A stretch of DNA of 63,107 bases, the filler included, from Craspedostauros australis (taxonomy: Eukaryota): NCBI GenBank assembly GCA_030167865.1. It is 9 parts of 9 records of this genome, joined end to end, with 100 filler letters (N's around TTAATTAATTAA, not from the genome) between each part and the next. Parts side by side here need not be neighbours in the genome. Positions count along the whole stretch, not along the records: positions 6,188 to 12,893 come from JALAGF010002192.1; positions 12,994 to 17,233 come from JALAGF010002194.1; positions 17,334 to 48,636 come from JALAGF010002195.1; 6 more parts are not named here. One strand, given 5' to 3'. This document shows positions 11,501 through 21,611 of the stretch, in pieces (positions within the stretch are counted from its first letter, which is position 1; each line of letters begins with the position of its first letter). The notes under the pieces were generated by a model that was not told the DNA's origin, did not search any database, and was given only the letters and a program-made list of their open reading frames with translations. Position numbers and translations under genes: made by a program.

Positions 11501-12463
11501 ACCATCTCACAATTCCACCTCACTGCCGATCCATCACGTCCCAAATGGAGCATGGGCTCACAAGAGTACATCAAGTCTGCTCTCAAGATCGTCATCAAAT
11601 ACCTCAACGACCACAATTTGCGACTCAAAACGAAAGCACCCAGCGTCCTACCGAACAAGTACCGACCAGAATTGGACGGGTCACAACTGTGTGATGCTGA
11701 ACAAACGACATTCTATCAGCAACTGATCGGCATCCTGCGATGGACGGTTGAGCTCGGGCGCATTGACATTTGCTGCGAGACCTCGATGATGGCATCGTAC
11801 TGTGTCGCGCCACGAATTGGTCACTTGCATGCTCTCTTTCATATGTTCGCATACCTCAAATCTCACGATCGTTCTCGCCTTGTTTTTGACGATGCATACA
11901 TTGACAAACCGCCTGTGATGCAACCTAACTGGAACGATTTCTACCCTGACGCTCATGAGCAACTGCCTGCTGACATGCCACCGCCGCGCGGAAGGGAGGT
12001 TCAAATGACGTGCTTTGTTGATGCTGATCATGCAGGTGACCGCGTCACGCGACGTTCACGCACTGGTGTGCTTTTATTCATGAATACGTCACCGATACTG
12101 TGGTACAGCAAGAAACAGAACAGCATTGAGACATCCACATTCGGCAGCGAATTCACGGCGCTCAAGGTCGCAACCGAGATCATCATCGGCATAAGATACA
12201 AGCTCCGCATGATGGGCATTCCGTTGGATGGCCCGGCGGATGTACGGGTCGACAATCAGAGTGTGGTGTACAACTCCTCACTACCAGAATCACAATTGCG
12301 GAAGAAAGCCAATGCCATCGCATATCACTTCGTTCGAGAAAGCATCGCCGCGGGCATCCTGGTGGTCCAACATGAACCATCGGAAACCAATCTATCCGAT
12401 ATGCTCACGAAACAACAACAAGGACCGAGACGAAAAGAACAAGCACAACGGGTCCTCTTCTGA
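8561..12463 (+). CDS. pol: Pol polyprotein (PR-IN-chromo-like-RT-RNaseH), in frame with gag
   Basis: PR ELDSHADT; IN LYADT...PDNAKE...AEATIRE (DDE); RT RKARLVAGGH, ADVQNAYL, ALYGLKSSG, VYTDD; RH VDADHAG, TFGSEF, DNQSV, SDMLTK. First ATG at 8603. Confidence 0.97.
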   Translation, partial: PQSRIRRLTSVGVSMSTDTPRAELDSHADTCCFGDTAYIVHQTDQTVTATPFIDSLGSIDNAPIVTAAIAYDDPITYQTFILFFPQSIYFPRLEHPLLCPNQMRAAGIVVNDVPLLMIKEHERKPEDHSVVSSDDDLHIPLRLQGTVSYFHMRKPTQQEVQSDRDCIHIMMTQEATWDPSQWSSGDDEDAIRASLSSQRTISSINIRGTHTSNRKGTITPDVLAQRWRIGTEAASRTLDATTQLAIRDFRHSSGTRRLNPYAMQLRYRRLNTQLYADTMHAKTKSIRGNKCAMIYCTPFHWVRVYPMAERKEAHRTLDELFRDHGIPHTIIPDNAKELVAGEFRRKLHKAQVSIRPIEAYIHNQNKAEATIRELRRHYRRLMTSTDTPEYLWDYCFEYCAEIRSHTALAIHDLHGETPATILSGDTADISHIAEFGWFDFVWYINIQDASMNVKQLGRYLGPSRSVGDAMCSYILTANGIVVSKSSVLPLSHDDTHSDVITHKCNEFMDTLRSKWKQRMEGITIDDDGDDVDDTAADIAILQNTEPLEPIVEPDDVDSATFDKYIATKVILPTGDEMQHGTVKQRKRDTEGNLIGRSHPNPMLDTAQYEVEFLDGHHEVFSANQIAENIYARIDDDVYTTVLMDEIIDHKRLPSVSSPSPHSKSTKGWKLCIRWKDGSTSWIHLRDAKEADPVRVAEYAADNKLINEPAFKWWVPHTLRKRQRIIMATKRRHVRKNEMFGVELPTSVRHALAIDAATGTDLWRQAIAKEMKAVRPAFDIKELDTPDPVGYQYMECHMIFAVKVDLTRKARLVAGGHMTETPATITYASVVSRESVRIAFLIAALNDLDILAADVQNAYLNAPCRERIYTRCGPEFGSDQGKIAIICRALYGLKSSGAAWRAHLAETLRDSLGFTSCRADSDVWMKPAVASDGSEYYEYVLVYTDDILAVSKQPRRILDAIDSHFFLKPSSIGPPTTYLGSTISQFHLTADPSRPKWSMGSQEYIKSALKIVIKYLNDHNLRLKTKAPSVLPNKYRPELDGSQLCDAEQTTFYQQLIGILRWTVELGRIDICCETSMMASYCVAPRIGHLHALFHMFAYLKSHDRSRLVFDDAYIDKPPVMQPNWNDFYPDAHEQLPADMPPPRGREVQMTCFVDADHAGDRVTRRSRTGVLLFMNTSPILWYSKKQNSIETSTFGSEFTALKVATEIIIGIRYKLRMMGIPLDGPADVRVDNQSVVYNSSLPESQLRKKANAIAYHFVRESIAAGILVVQHEPSETNLSDMLTKQQQGPRRKEQAQRVLF

Positions 12464-12626
12464 CCTCGGCGCTGCGCAATAGTACCCATGGATGGTCAGT
12501 CATGGGCTCTGCTCATGACTGGTGGGGTGAGCGCCCTGTGGTGTCCACATGTGGGGCATGCAGCAGGTACATCCCGAATGCAACCAAAATGTGACAATAC
12601 GACGGCTAGCACAGCCACCGCGCATC

Positions 12627-12633
12627 GAGGGGA
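12627..12633 (+). promoter_or_regulatory. Polypurine tract
   Basis: GAGGGGA ends 1 nt before the 3' LTR. Confidence 0.8.
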
Positions 12634-12634
12634 C

Positions 12635-12809
12635 CAAACCAGGATATGTATGAAACCGTTGAAACGGCGTTACACGATAGCCGCCACTACCAATCATGGA
12701 CGACACAGCAATGAGACAACAACATGGACGCATACGACATCGATGAGACTCATAATCTGCATCTTTACTCTTTTTCACTCTAAATCAGTTTCACGTGTGT
12801 CGTAACTTG
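12635..12809 (+). repeat. 3' LTR
   Basis: Identical copy of 6414-6588. Confidence 0.95.
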
Positions 12810-14047
12810 GCAAGAATCGTTTTCCCTCAATCACAGATCCAAAAATGTCGCGGAAATTGATTTCTTGCCAAGATGAGCCAATCTGCCCAATCANNNNNNN
12901 NNNNNNNNNNNNNNNNNNNNNNNNNNNNNNNNNNNNNTTAATTAATTAANNNNNNNNNNNNNNNNNNNNNNNNNNNNNNNNNNNNNNNNNNNNCATTGTG
13001 TGGGTAGTGGGAGAGTAGAAGGAAGCACAAGTTGGCCATGACAATGAGGAATGTCCGGACAACACACACGATCAGGCGACAGGGTGTAAAAGTCAAAAAT
13101 GGAGCCACGAATCTGGGTTTTGCATAAATCAGGATGATTGTGCAAACAACTGACAGGAAGAAGGCTGAAAGATGGCAAATTTTCAGTTTGGTTTTTGACT
13201 TTTGGACTGTAGATTATGGAAGAAACTGTTGTTGCCTTATCATGGGAAATGCAAAATTACCGTCTTTCCCCCCCCCCCCCTAGGTGGACTATACCATAAA
13301 TGTCGGTTTCGGTTCGCTGTTCTTAATCTCCACCGCGGAGCAGAAGTATCTTGTCCCCAAAATTTATGCCATCGACGTTCGCCCAACAACACCCTTCCCT
13401 GTATCTTCCCGTGCTATTCATGCCTCGTGTATTCGTGAAACAGAGTCATGACATTGGGCACATCCAACGAAGCCCACGACAAGACACAAACAAAAGCGCG
13501 CCACAAGAGACAACCACACAACGAAGTAAACAAAGCAAACAAACACAAAACCACCAACAACAAGCGGGAGAGGCAGAGATGGGGACGAGACAACAGCAGC
13601 AAACACAACCAACGCAATGCGAACTCGCTGTCAAACTCCTGTGCGCTGACTAGCTGATGCCGAGTCGCAAAGTCCAGAATCATCACTCAGCGCCTCTCTC
13701 CAGAACGACAACCAACCCGCTACGAGAGCTGCAAGGGAGGAAGACACCAACACCCACGCACACGAACACAAGAGAGAGGGAGAGGTGAGGGTCAACAATC
13801 CACGAACAACAAACGCGATACAAGAAAAGAAGGAAGTTGACCAGAGACATCTCCCTTCGGTGAATTTCAGTTGCAGTTCGGTCCGGTTCCTCTTACTCCA
13901 CGGCCCAACCCCCATTCGGCACATCAGGAATCACCACCAAGGACCTCCACAAAGCCTCATTTCTTCCTCTGGGACCACAATCATCCCAATTGGCAAGCCT
14001 CGCGCTCCACTTATTCTCGTGCCACATTATTTGCAACACAATAGTTG

Positions 14048-14085
14048 CAACACACTACTTTCAACACACTACTTTCAACACACTA
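14048..14085. repeat. 14-bp tandem repeat (CAACACACTACTTT, about 2.7 copies)
   Basis: Directly visible. Confidence 0.85.
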
Positions 14086-14410
14086 TCCCCTCGTATCCCA
14101 TCTCATTGCCAATACTCATCGTACGACTCGTCTACAGACATCCTCTGCGATACTCTGTCAGTGCTCTGTCGGTGCTCTGGAGCAGTACCACAACGCACTC
14201 TGCCGTCCTCGAACTCCATACGAGTACTTGCACCAGACAGAAAGGTTGCAGACGCCGCAACTGCCAATTGCACACCAAAGCAAGCTGCCGGATAGGCAGC
14301 ACCGGTCTCCATCCCCCTGAATGCAGCGGTTTCGCTCATCCCAAGCACTTTCGTTGCCACAAACCTTCTTGGACGGAAAGGATAGAAAGCCTGCAACGTT
14401 TGATACCGAC

Positions 14411-16127
14411 ATGACGAACGTTCAGCCAGTATCGACGCTCCTCAACAGCTCCATCCAGTGCGGAGACGGCCCAAGAGCACCAGGCGGCTTCTTGCAGGAA
14501 GATAAAACGGCTGGCTGTCATCCATGCCTGTTCTGTTCAGCGAAGCAACACAGCGCTGGGGGAGGCGCCGCTCTTATTGGCAACAGCGACCCACAAGACG
14601 ACTTGCGGCAGCGCCGCGAGTTGCTGAAGACCACCGATGGGGACCTGCTGCAGGCAAAGGATTTGGAAAGTCTGACGGCCGAAGAACGGGCCAAGGTGTA
14701 CGATGATGTTCACGGCGTGGCGGATGCGGTGCCCGTGCCGACCGATCCCGACATCCTCCAATCCTACCTGGATGCCATGGAGGAGAAGCTGCGCAACACC
14801 CGCATGAAGAAACCGTACGATCTGGCCATGTTCCTCTTCCCCCGTTACTCCAAGTCCGGCAACTTGCGTCTCGTATTTCTGCGCGCGGTCGACTTCGATC
14901 CTGCCCGGGCGGCCAAGCGGCTCATCCTCTTCTTCACCATCAAGTTGAAACTGTTCGGCGCGTCGATGCTGGGGAGGGAGATCATGCTCACTGATCTGTC
15001 CGAGCCTTGCCAGCAGGTGGTCCGGTCCGGATGCTTCCAGCTGTTTCCGCATGCCCTCAGGGATAGATCGGGGCGACCGATATTCGTTCAGATGTCGCAT
15101 CTCTTTGGACAGCACAAGCCCGATCACATTGTAAGTTGGGTATCAGATGCTGCTGTCGTTGCTGTTCATGCCATGGGGGTTGCTGATTGATGAAAGTGGC
15201 GCAAATCCCTTTGGTGACACTCTTGTTGACGTCAGCATCGTTGTTGTCGTCGCCAACTGGTTGCAACCTTCTTGGGAACTGTTGTGCAGATCTATCGTTG
15301 CTCGTGTACTGCCATTCTCAAACTTCACGCAAACAACGCACTCTTCAATACAAGACTATACTCACGAACATACCGTCTCCATCTTTACTCCTGCAAACTC
15401 TCATGACGTACTTCAGGTCCGGACATTTTTCTATTCCATCATGGCCGGCCTTCGTGAGATGAGCGACGCGGACCAGTGCAAGGGCGTGGTTGGGATCCTG
15501 CATTCGATCGGGATCAAGGAGACCTCGCCAATGTTCTGGGAGCTTCTGAGCAAGGGCATCGAAACAGCGAAGGCCTTGCCGATCAAGCAATCGGCGTGTC
15601 ACCTGTGCTACGACTCGCTGATGCTCAAACCTGCCGTCTCCTTGGTTCAAGTCTCGGTCAGTAAGTACGCCCGCATGCGCATCCGATCATTTGCGGGGTC
15701 TTTCCTCGAGTCCATGTATCATCTGAACACATTCGGGATCCCCACCGACTCCTTGTCGCTGCATCACGACGGCACGTTAGATCGGACCAGGTACGATCTG
15801 CTGATCCAATCGCGTCTCCACAATGAGAGCAATTACAATCACATCCTGATGGAGGTCCCCACAAGCAACGACGTGCTGCTGGGGCGCGGAAAGTCTTACC
15901 AGACTCATCCCGGCAACGTCAAATTTTTGAAGATAGTGGAACACCATGGCTCCCAGTACATGAACGCAGACAAGGCAACCAAGAAACGCATCGTGGAGGA
16001 GATCCGCAACGCGATCGACCATCAAGGCGGGCGCTTCATGCGGCTGTCGAATGATGCTCTGGATTGGGAGCTCATGAACAGGTCGGAATCAGGCCGCAAG
16101 ATCCGCAATGCTTTCCGATTCAAGTGA
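14411..16127 (+). CDS. CRAL-TRIO/Sec14-like + DUF6824 protein; exons 14411-15130, 15417-16127 (alternative ATG 14321)
   Basis: A GTAAGT..CAG phase-0 intron joins two ORFs. FLRAVDFDPARAAKRL, RDRSGRPI, QCKGVVGI, LPIKQSACHLC are CRAL-TRIO-like. PTSNDVLLGRGKSYQTHPGN...GGRFMRL...W...KIRNAFR matches DUF6824. Confidence 0.85.
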
Positions 16128-16798
16128 AAGCAGAACGGGTGCATGGTGCTCGCAGATGGGAGAACACATGTATGGGTCCTGTTTCTTTGGTGGAGTGCTC
16201 TGGTGGGCCCTTCTCGTATTCAGATTATCTGCTGGGATAATGGTCGTGTTGACGACCAGCGCGCACGAGTAAGGCATCAATTTTCCGCCAACACATCCTC
16301 TCGGCTCCGCTCACCTTGTTGGCTGGCATACGAATACGAGCTACTGTGCCATACCATGCGCCATCGCGAGTTTCGCAGCACGAACTATGTACTCGTACTC
16401 GCGGGGCAATTTTGCTTTGATGCTCTTTCATGGTACACGTATTGGTATGGGAGTACTGCAGCCGATGGGAACTCTCTCTTGACCAAGTGATCACCTCCTT
16501 GGGTCGATTGCATACACCCAACGAGAGATAGAGAGTGCGCGAAGAGTAGAGTACTCTTTTGCTTTCGCCACAGTGTTCTTTGGCGGAGTACGTACACCAG
16601 AGTGGCATGGAGTGGAGTATTCCGCTGAACCATTGCTGGCTACTATAGACAGAAATTCAAAAAGAATGAAGACAACTTACGGATATCTGTGATGAGCATG
16701 TATACATAATAGTGGAGATGGAGTGCATACTCCCAAGTCCGCACATGAGTAGGTACTTCAATACTGGGACCGCGTATCTCTGGACATGGACTGGTGTG

Positions 16799-17233
16799 TA
16801 ATAATAATAACTCAATGATTACATTAGAAATGTGCCCTGTAAGCTTTACCCTCGCCTCCGCCGGCCCCGTAGGACCGGGTTTCGAGCGAGCCGTCGAACA
16901 CACGAATCATGCGAGGCCCAGCCAATTACTCATCAGCCGCCGTTCATTCTGCATGGTGCGCGCCCGTCGCCGGGCGGCCACCTTGGAATGCACCTCCTGC
17001 ATGTCCTGTATCCACTGCCGCATCTGCGACTCCGTTCCGTATTCCATCTGGTAGCCCTCCCGCAGGAGAACCAACTCTGACTCGTTCATGTCCTGGCTGG
17101 CGCTGACCGCGATCCGTCGCACTTGCCGCCGCAGCTCCGCCAGTGACGGGTGCTGCTCGCCGTCGTGCACCTTCTCGTTGCGCGCGACCCATACACTCCA
17201 GGGAACTTTCCAGACCCACCGTATCACTTCCTT
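16799..17233 (-). mobile_element. 3' end of a non-LTR retrotransposon (Ambal/L1-like ORF2 C-terminus, stop at 16907, plus 3' UTR)
   Basis: VIRWVWKVPWSVWVARNEKVH carries the W..W..RN..H motif of LINE ORF2 C-termini. It is cut by a gap upstream, with a (TTA)4 run at 16799-16810. The true 3' end is uncertain. Confidence 0.65.
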
Positions 17234-17388
17234 NNNNNNNNNNNNNNNNNNNNNNNNNNNNNNNNNNNNNNNNNNNNTTAATTAATTAANNNNNNNNNNN
17301 NNNNNNNNNNNNNNNNNNNNNNNNNNNNNNNNNCATAGCCGCCGTTTTTGCCGTATCGTTGGTGCATAAGGGCAGAACTGCACCTATT

Positions 17389-17760
17389 TCTGTGTGATAG
17401 GCACCGTTCCAACCATAGATGGCGTTACAAGATCGAATCTGTGTCTGTGTGATAAACACTGTTTCAACCAAATGGAGTGCTTGCATAGATGAGCACGATT
17501 CTGTGTCAATGATTCATGCTGTTTCAACCCAATGAATNNNNNNNNNNNNNNNNNNNNNNNNNNNNNNNNNNNNNNNNNNNNNNNNNNNNNNNNNNNNNNN
17601 NNNNNNNNNNNNNNNNNNNNNNNNNNNNNNNNNNNNNNNNNNNNNNNNNNNNNNNNNNNNNNNNNNNGCTTCTGTGTCAATGATTCATGCTGTTTCAACC
17701 CAATGAATAGCTAGTACAGATAAGGCTGAATATTTGTCATTGATAAAAGTTGCTTCAACA
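17389..17760. repeat. Degenerate tandem array, about 55-60 bp period, interrupted by a gap
   Basis: Recurrent core TCTGTGT(G/CAATG)AT...TGTTTCAACC at about 17389, 17444, 17500 and 17671, weaker at about 17735. Confidence 0.55.
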
Positions 17761-18892
17761 ATGTTCGAGGAAGAAGAAAATGATCCGTGACAACTAACTC
17801 AAACAGAACAGCACATGAATGCTCTCATCAGCTAACGAATCACAGAGACAAAAACAGTGTTCCTTGAGTTCTGCGAAATCGTGCAATGCAAGTGGTTCAT
17901 GTGCGAAGCAGCAAGGAGGCGTAATCTGCTCCTCGACATGGCGACGTTGATACGCACAGCGAACACGGACACAGTGTAAAGTGCACAAAAGGAGCAACAG
18001 CGAAGAGCGAGAGGACACCGACCAAATTCTGCGGAAAAGCACCAATTATCCNAAAAAGAACGAAAATTATATATTATTCCGTCGAGGATAAGAACTAGGC
18101 GGAAACAAGTGATTTATGACTTAAGCGCTATGGAATAGAGCAAATTATTGCATTTTGAACTGCCCCCCCAGCCTTCTTGTTTTGTCCAGGCACTTCTCGT
18201 TCGGTTCGGATTCAGATGCCCCACGAGGACCTTGTTGGCAATTCTGGATCCTGTGAAATTGCGATTTGCTTTCCCGCAACGTCACCACCCACCGGCTTTG
18301 ACATCCGCAACATCACCAGACACGAGTACACACACGTGACACATGTATGCATGCGTCACCGAGGACCACATCCCTCTCTTTGGGTCGTTCTCCGACTCCC
18401 ATTCCTACTCTGCCGGCAGCATCAACATCAACATCACCAACCCTGTGGCACCCCTCTCGCTGGAGAAGCGAATCCATTCCTTGCTTCTGTGCAACGAAGG
18501 GGCGTCCGCAAAAGAACACATTCCTTGTCCATTGTGCGTGCCTCCAACATCTGGATTAGCAACAACGGTGGCGATGACGATGGCGCCTTTGAGCACAACC
18601 GACTCCGCACGCTCTGCAGTCATACTGCCTGCATCACACGAACGTCAGTTCCCTCCTCTGGGGGATCCTTCCTTCGTCGGATTTCCCCGTGATGTTCCTT
18701 TGTGAGTGTCTTTCTTCTGTTGTTGCTTGCGAGCACAAATTGACGGTCATGCGAGGGGCAGGCACTCTACTCCGGTGCGTATGGCGCTTATTGGTCGAAT
18801 CGTGCATGCTATTCATGCCATTCACACACCATTGGCATTGTACGAGCTGCAACACCACGAGCAACTGGCAACGTCACGCTCGTCTCTCCCCG

Positions 18893-20689
18893 TCATGATG
18901 AATGGTGTGGGCACTCGTGCGGAATTTGCAGTGACTTGAGCCACGCCTCCCACACCAACAGACCGTCTGGAACATAGTCCCAGCTACCCCACCCACTTGC
19001 AGCTTGCGCATCTTCTCCATCTTCCTCGGCTGCAACTTCAATGACACCATCAGCAGCATCGACGTTTGCATTCACATTGGTGTTGATGTTGACGTCATCA
19101 TGCGGATCCTCAAAAGCGTGATTGCTTCGTCCTGCCTCCGTCACATCTTGGAACGCGGTGGGGAGACTTCCCTTCATGGATGACTGGATGGGCGGATAGC
19201 CGCCAGGCCATTGCATACGTTCCGCAAGTCGCTGGATGGACAGGTCGGCCGATGCCACAATGATGGGGTACGGCATGAACGCTCCCCATGCCACCTCTTC
19301 CTCTTGCCATGTCACGCTTTCGACACTCATGTCCATGGCGTAGCTGTACAACGTCACGAAGCAACGGTTGTGGGAAGTGCAGACCACGCAATCCAGCAAT
19401 GGTTCGCTCAGTGCGTCGGATCCAGCATCATTGCAGTGCAACGCCTGTACCAGGCCAAGTTCTTCCGCAACTTCGCGCCTCGCTGTCGCTTCCGACGCTT
19501 TACCGGCAAGCGACACGCCCCCAATGAACATGTCGTAGAGGGAGGGGAAGATGCGTTTGCTGTCAGTGCGTCTGTGCACGTAGAGATCTGGATACGAGTA
19601 TTGCGACAGCGCGTCGTCTTGATGATGACTGGCATCACGAATGCCCGCGTCGTCCTCTTCTGCATCACCACCATGCTCATGCCCATGCTGTCTGATCATC
19701 GCAACGTCCTTCGTCACGAACATCCCAATGCCACGATGCAGGACGTTTATCGTGTGCACCAACGATCTCGGCAACCTCCCCAGAACCCGCCCCGTCCAAG
19801 GCACCATTTCCACCCATTCGCCGTACCCTTTCGTCGCGTCCACAAGAAGGAAAGCAAACAGTGTCTCGTATTCCTTGTCACTCAGCTCGTTCGATTGTTG
19901 CAGGACCAGAGTTTCGTTGTCATTTTGGACGCAATCCGTCAACCCGCCACTAAATGACACATTCACGTCAGCGCATCCACCAGAAGCCGCGGATGTCGCA
20001 TCTCGCAATGCCCACTGCACCAGCACGCGTGAAAGAGTGGATAGCAGGAGTTGTTCTTGTTGCTGCTCGTCGCCGGCATCGTTGGCATGGCCATCCATTG
20101 AACTCTGCACATTCTCCGCCTGCACTCGTATCTCCCACGCAGATGCAACATCATTTTTCGTCTGCTCCTGATCTGCCATGACCATGGTGCATTGCAATCT
20201 TGTGGTCGCCTTCTCACGCACGGTGTCCATGGAGGTATGCAGGGCTTGAAATGAACGTGCGCCTTCCGCAGGCACCTCGGCCGGATCCACAACATCTGCA
20301 ATGGGACACAGGAGCATCTGTGTCGCGTAGTCGCCGGCAGCGTTCGTGATCGTCTCCAACTCAACAACGTAGCGGCCAGCCAGTGTTCGTATCGGTGCAT
20401 CGAGACCGGATGGCACATTCGACAAGTTGTCTGTCATGTCGCCGTCGTCGTCGCCTTGTGCCATCTTCGTAGATGCGATCGAAGCTCTTGACGTTGTCGC
20501 TGGTGTTGACGCTCGTGCTTGCCGAAGATGCTTGGATTTTGGGGATACGAGTACGCTGGTGCCTGTCGCAACCATGGGGTGGCCAGCGCAACCGACAAGT
20601 GCGGATGAATGGTGCGACGAGGGAGTGAAAGTATTGAAGGAAGATGTCGACCATGCACGCGATGTGGGAGACAGGAGACTGATCAGCAT
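18893..20689 (-). CDS. Nudix hydrolase (YfcD/IPP-isomerase-like subgroup) with long N-terminal region, probably plastid-targeted
   Basis: HRGIGMFV...YVHRRTDSKRIFPSLYDMFIGG...ATARREVAEELGL (Nudix box)...QEEEVAW; N-terminal LISLLSPTSRA|W followed by a Ser/Thr-rich transit-like peptide. Confidence 0.85.
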   Translation of the reverse strand: MLISLLSPTSRAWSTSSFNTFTPSSHHSSALVGCAGHPMVATGTSVLVSPKSKHLRQARASTPATTSRASIASTKMAQGDDDGDMTDNLSNVPSGLDAPIRTLAGRYVVELETITNAAGDYATQMLLCPIADVVDPAEVPAEGARSFQALHTSMDTVREKATTRLQCTMVMADQEQTKNDVASAWEIRVQAENVQSSMDGHANDAGDEQQQEQLLLSTLSRVLVQWALRDATSAASGGCADVNVSFSGGLTDCVQNDNETLVLQQSNELSDKEYETLFAFLLVDATKGYGEWVEMVPWTGRVLGRLPRSLVHTINVLHRGIGMFVTKDVAMIRQHGHEHGGDAEEDDAGIRDASHHQDDALSQYSYPDLYVHRRTDSKRIFPSLYDMFIGGVSLAGKASEATARREVAEELGLVQALHCNDAGSDALSEPLLDCVVCTSHNRCFVTLYSYAMDMSVESVTWQEEEVAWGAFMPYPIIVASADLSIQRLAERMQWPGGYPPIQSSMKGSLPTAFQDVTEAGRSNHAFEDPHDDVNINTNVNANVDAADGVIEVAAEEDGEDAQAASGWGSWDYVPDGLLVWEAWLKSLQIPHECPHHSS

Positions 20690-21611
20690 TCCACCGATCC
20701 CAACAACTACGCAGCGATTGAAAAAGTTGTCATTCTTCGCGAGCTACCAATACGATGGGGAGCGATCTGTCGGTAGTTGCATCCAGCCAGCTCGTGTACT
20801 CGCACTTATTGTGTGGATCGATGAACAGGCGAATTTGCGGAATGGTGGACAGCCCTGTGTAGCAGCCACCGATCGGTATCGTTTGAACTGTAACACTTGA
20901 TGTGTCCGATCTACGGAATGTGACGGGGTGGGTTGCCATCGTCGGATCGGTGCCACCATGGAGACGCACCAACGCTGACCTGAAGATGCCAACTGTTCGC
21001 AACCAGAAACGGAACCGCAAGCGCAGTTTTTCCGTCACGCAGAGATCTTTTCCAATGATGTCATCTGAGTCGTGGATATGTATTTGAATCATGCGAATCG
21101 ATCAATTTCAAATTCAAATTGTTGTCGGAGTTGGTCAACAAGAGTGGCAACAACCATTCCGAAGCGAGTGGAGGAACTGCCACCACGAGCAATACGGCCG
21201 TGTGATGTCATGGTCATGGAAAGAGAGCAAGAACGACAAGGAGCGACAAGAAGTGATGCAAAACGGAAAGAAGAGGAGCAAGGTAAACGGCATTATAGTA
21301 CAGCAAAGGTCACAAAGGCAAGACAAGGCCAGCAACACAGCAACACAGCGACAACAAAGCAACATCCTTCGTGCGATATCAGCTAAACGGTGAAAGGATA
21401 CGACTAGCAACACCAAAGAAAGCAACAAGCAAGAAGGAAGCAGCAACAATTCAAGACTCGCATGATCCTACCACACGTGCGGCAATACTCGCAGCTGGAG
21501 AGCGGCCCATCATCGGAGGCAAATCTAGTTGACGAAGTGAGGAAGTGAGGGAGTGAGGGAGTGAAGCAGAGTTTCAAAGTGAAGACCACGCTCAAGAGAA
21601 CAACAACCATC

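Larger units (their letters stand above)
6414..12809 (+). mobile_element. Complete CoDi-type Ty1/copia LTR retrotransposon, about 6.4 kb
   Basis: Identical 175-bp direct repeats at 6414-6588 and 12635-12809; GCAA duplicated at 6410-6413 and 12810-12813; intact gag and PR-IN-RT-RH pol; PPT GAGGGGA before the 3' LTR. Confidence 0.97.

Noticed and set aside
16851..16940. Hammerhead ribozyme (CUGAUGA...GAAA on the minus strand)
   Set aside because: Stem II does not pair and there is no NUH cleavage triplet after stem III; CUGAUGA lies in coding sequence.
17389..17760. CRISPR-like repeat/spacer pattern
   Set aside because: The repeats are too degenerate, the context is eukaryotic and there are no cas genes. 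The identical 39-mers on both sides of the gap may be a contig overlap.
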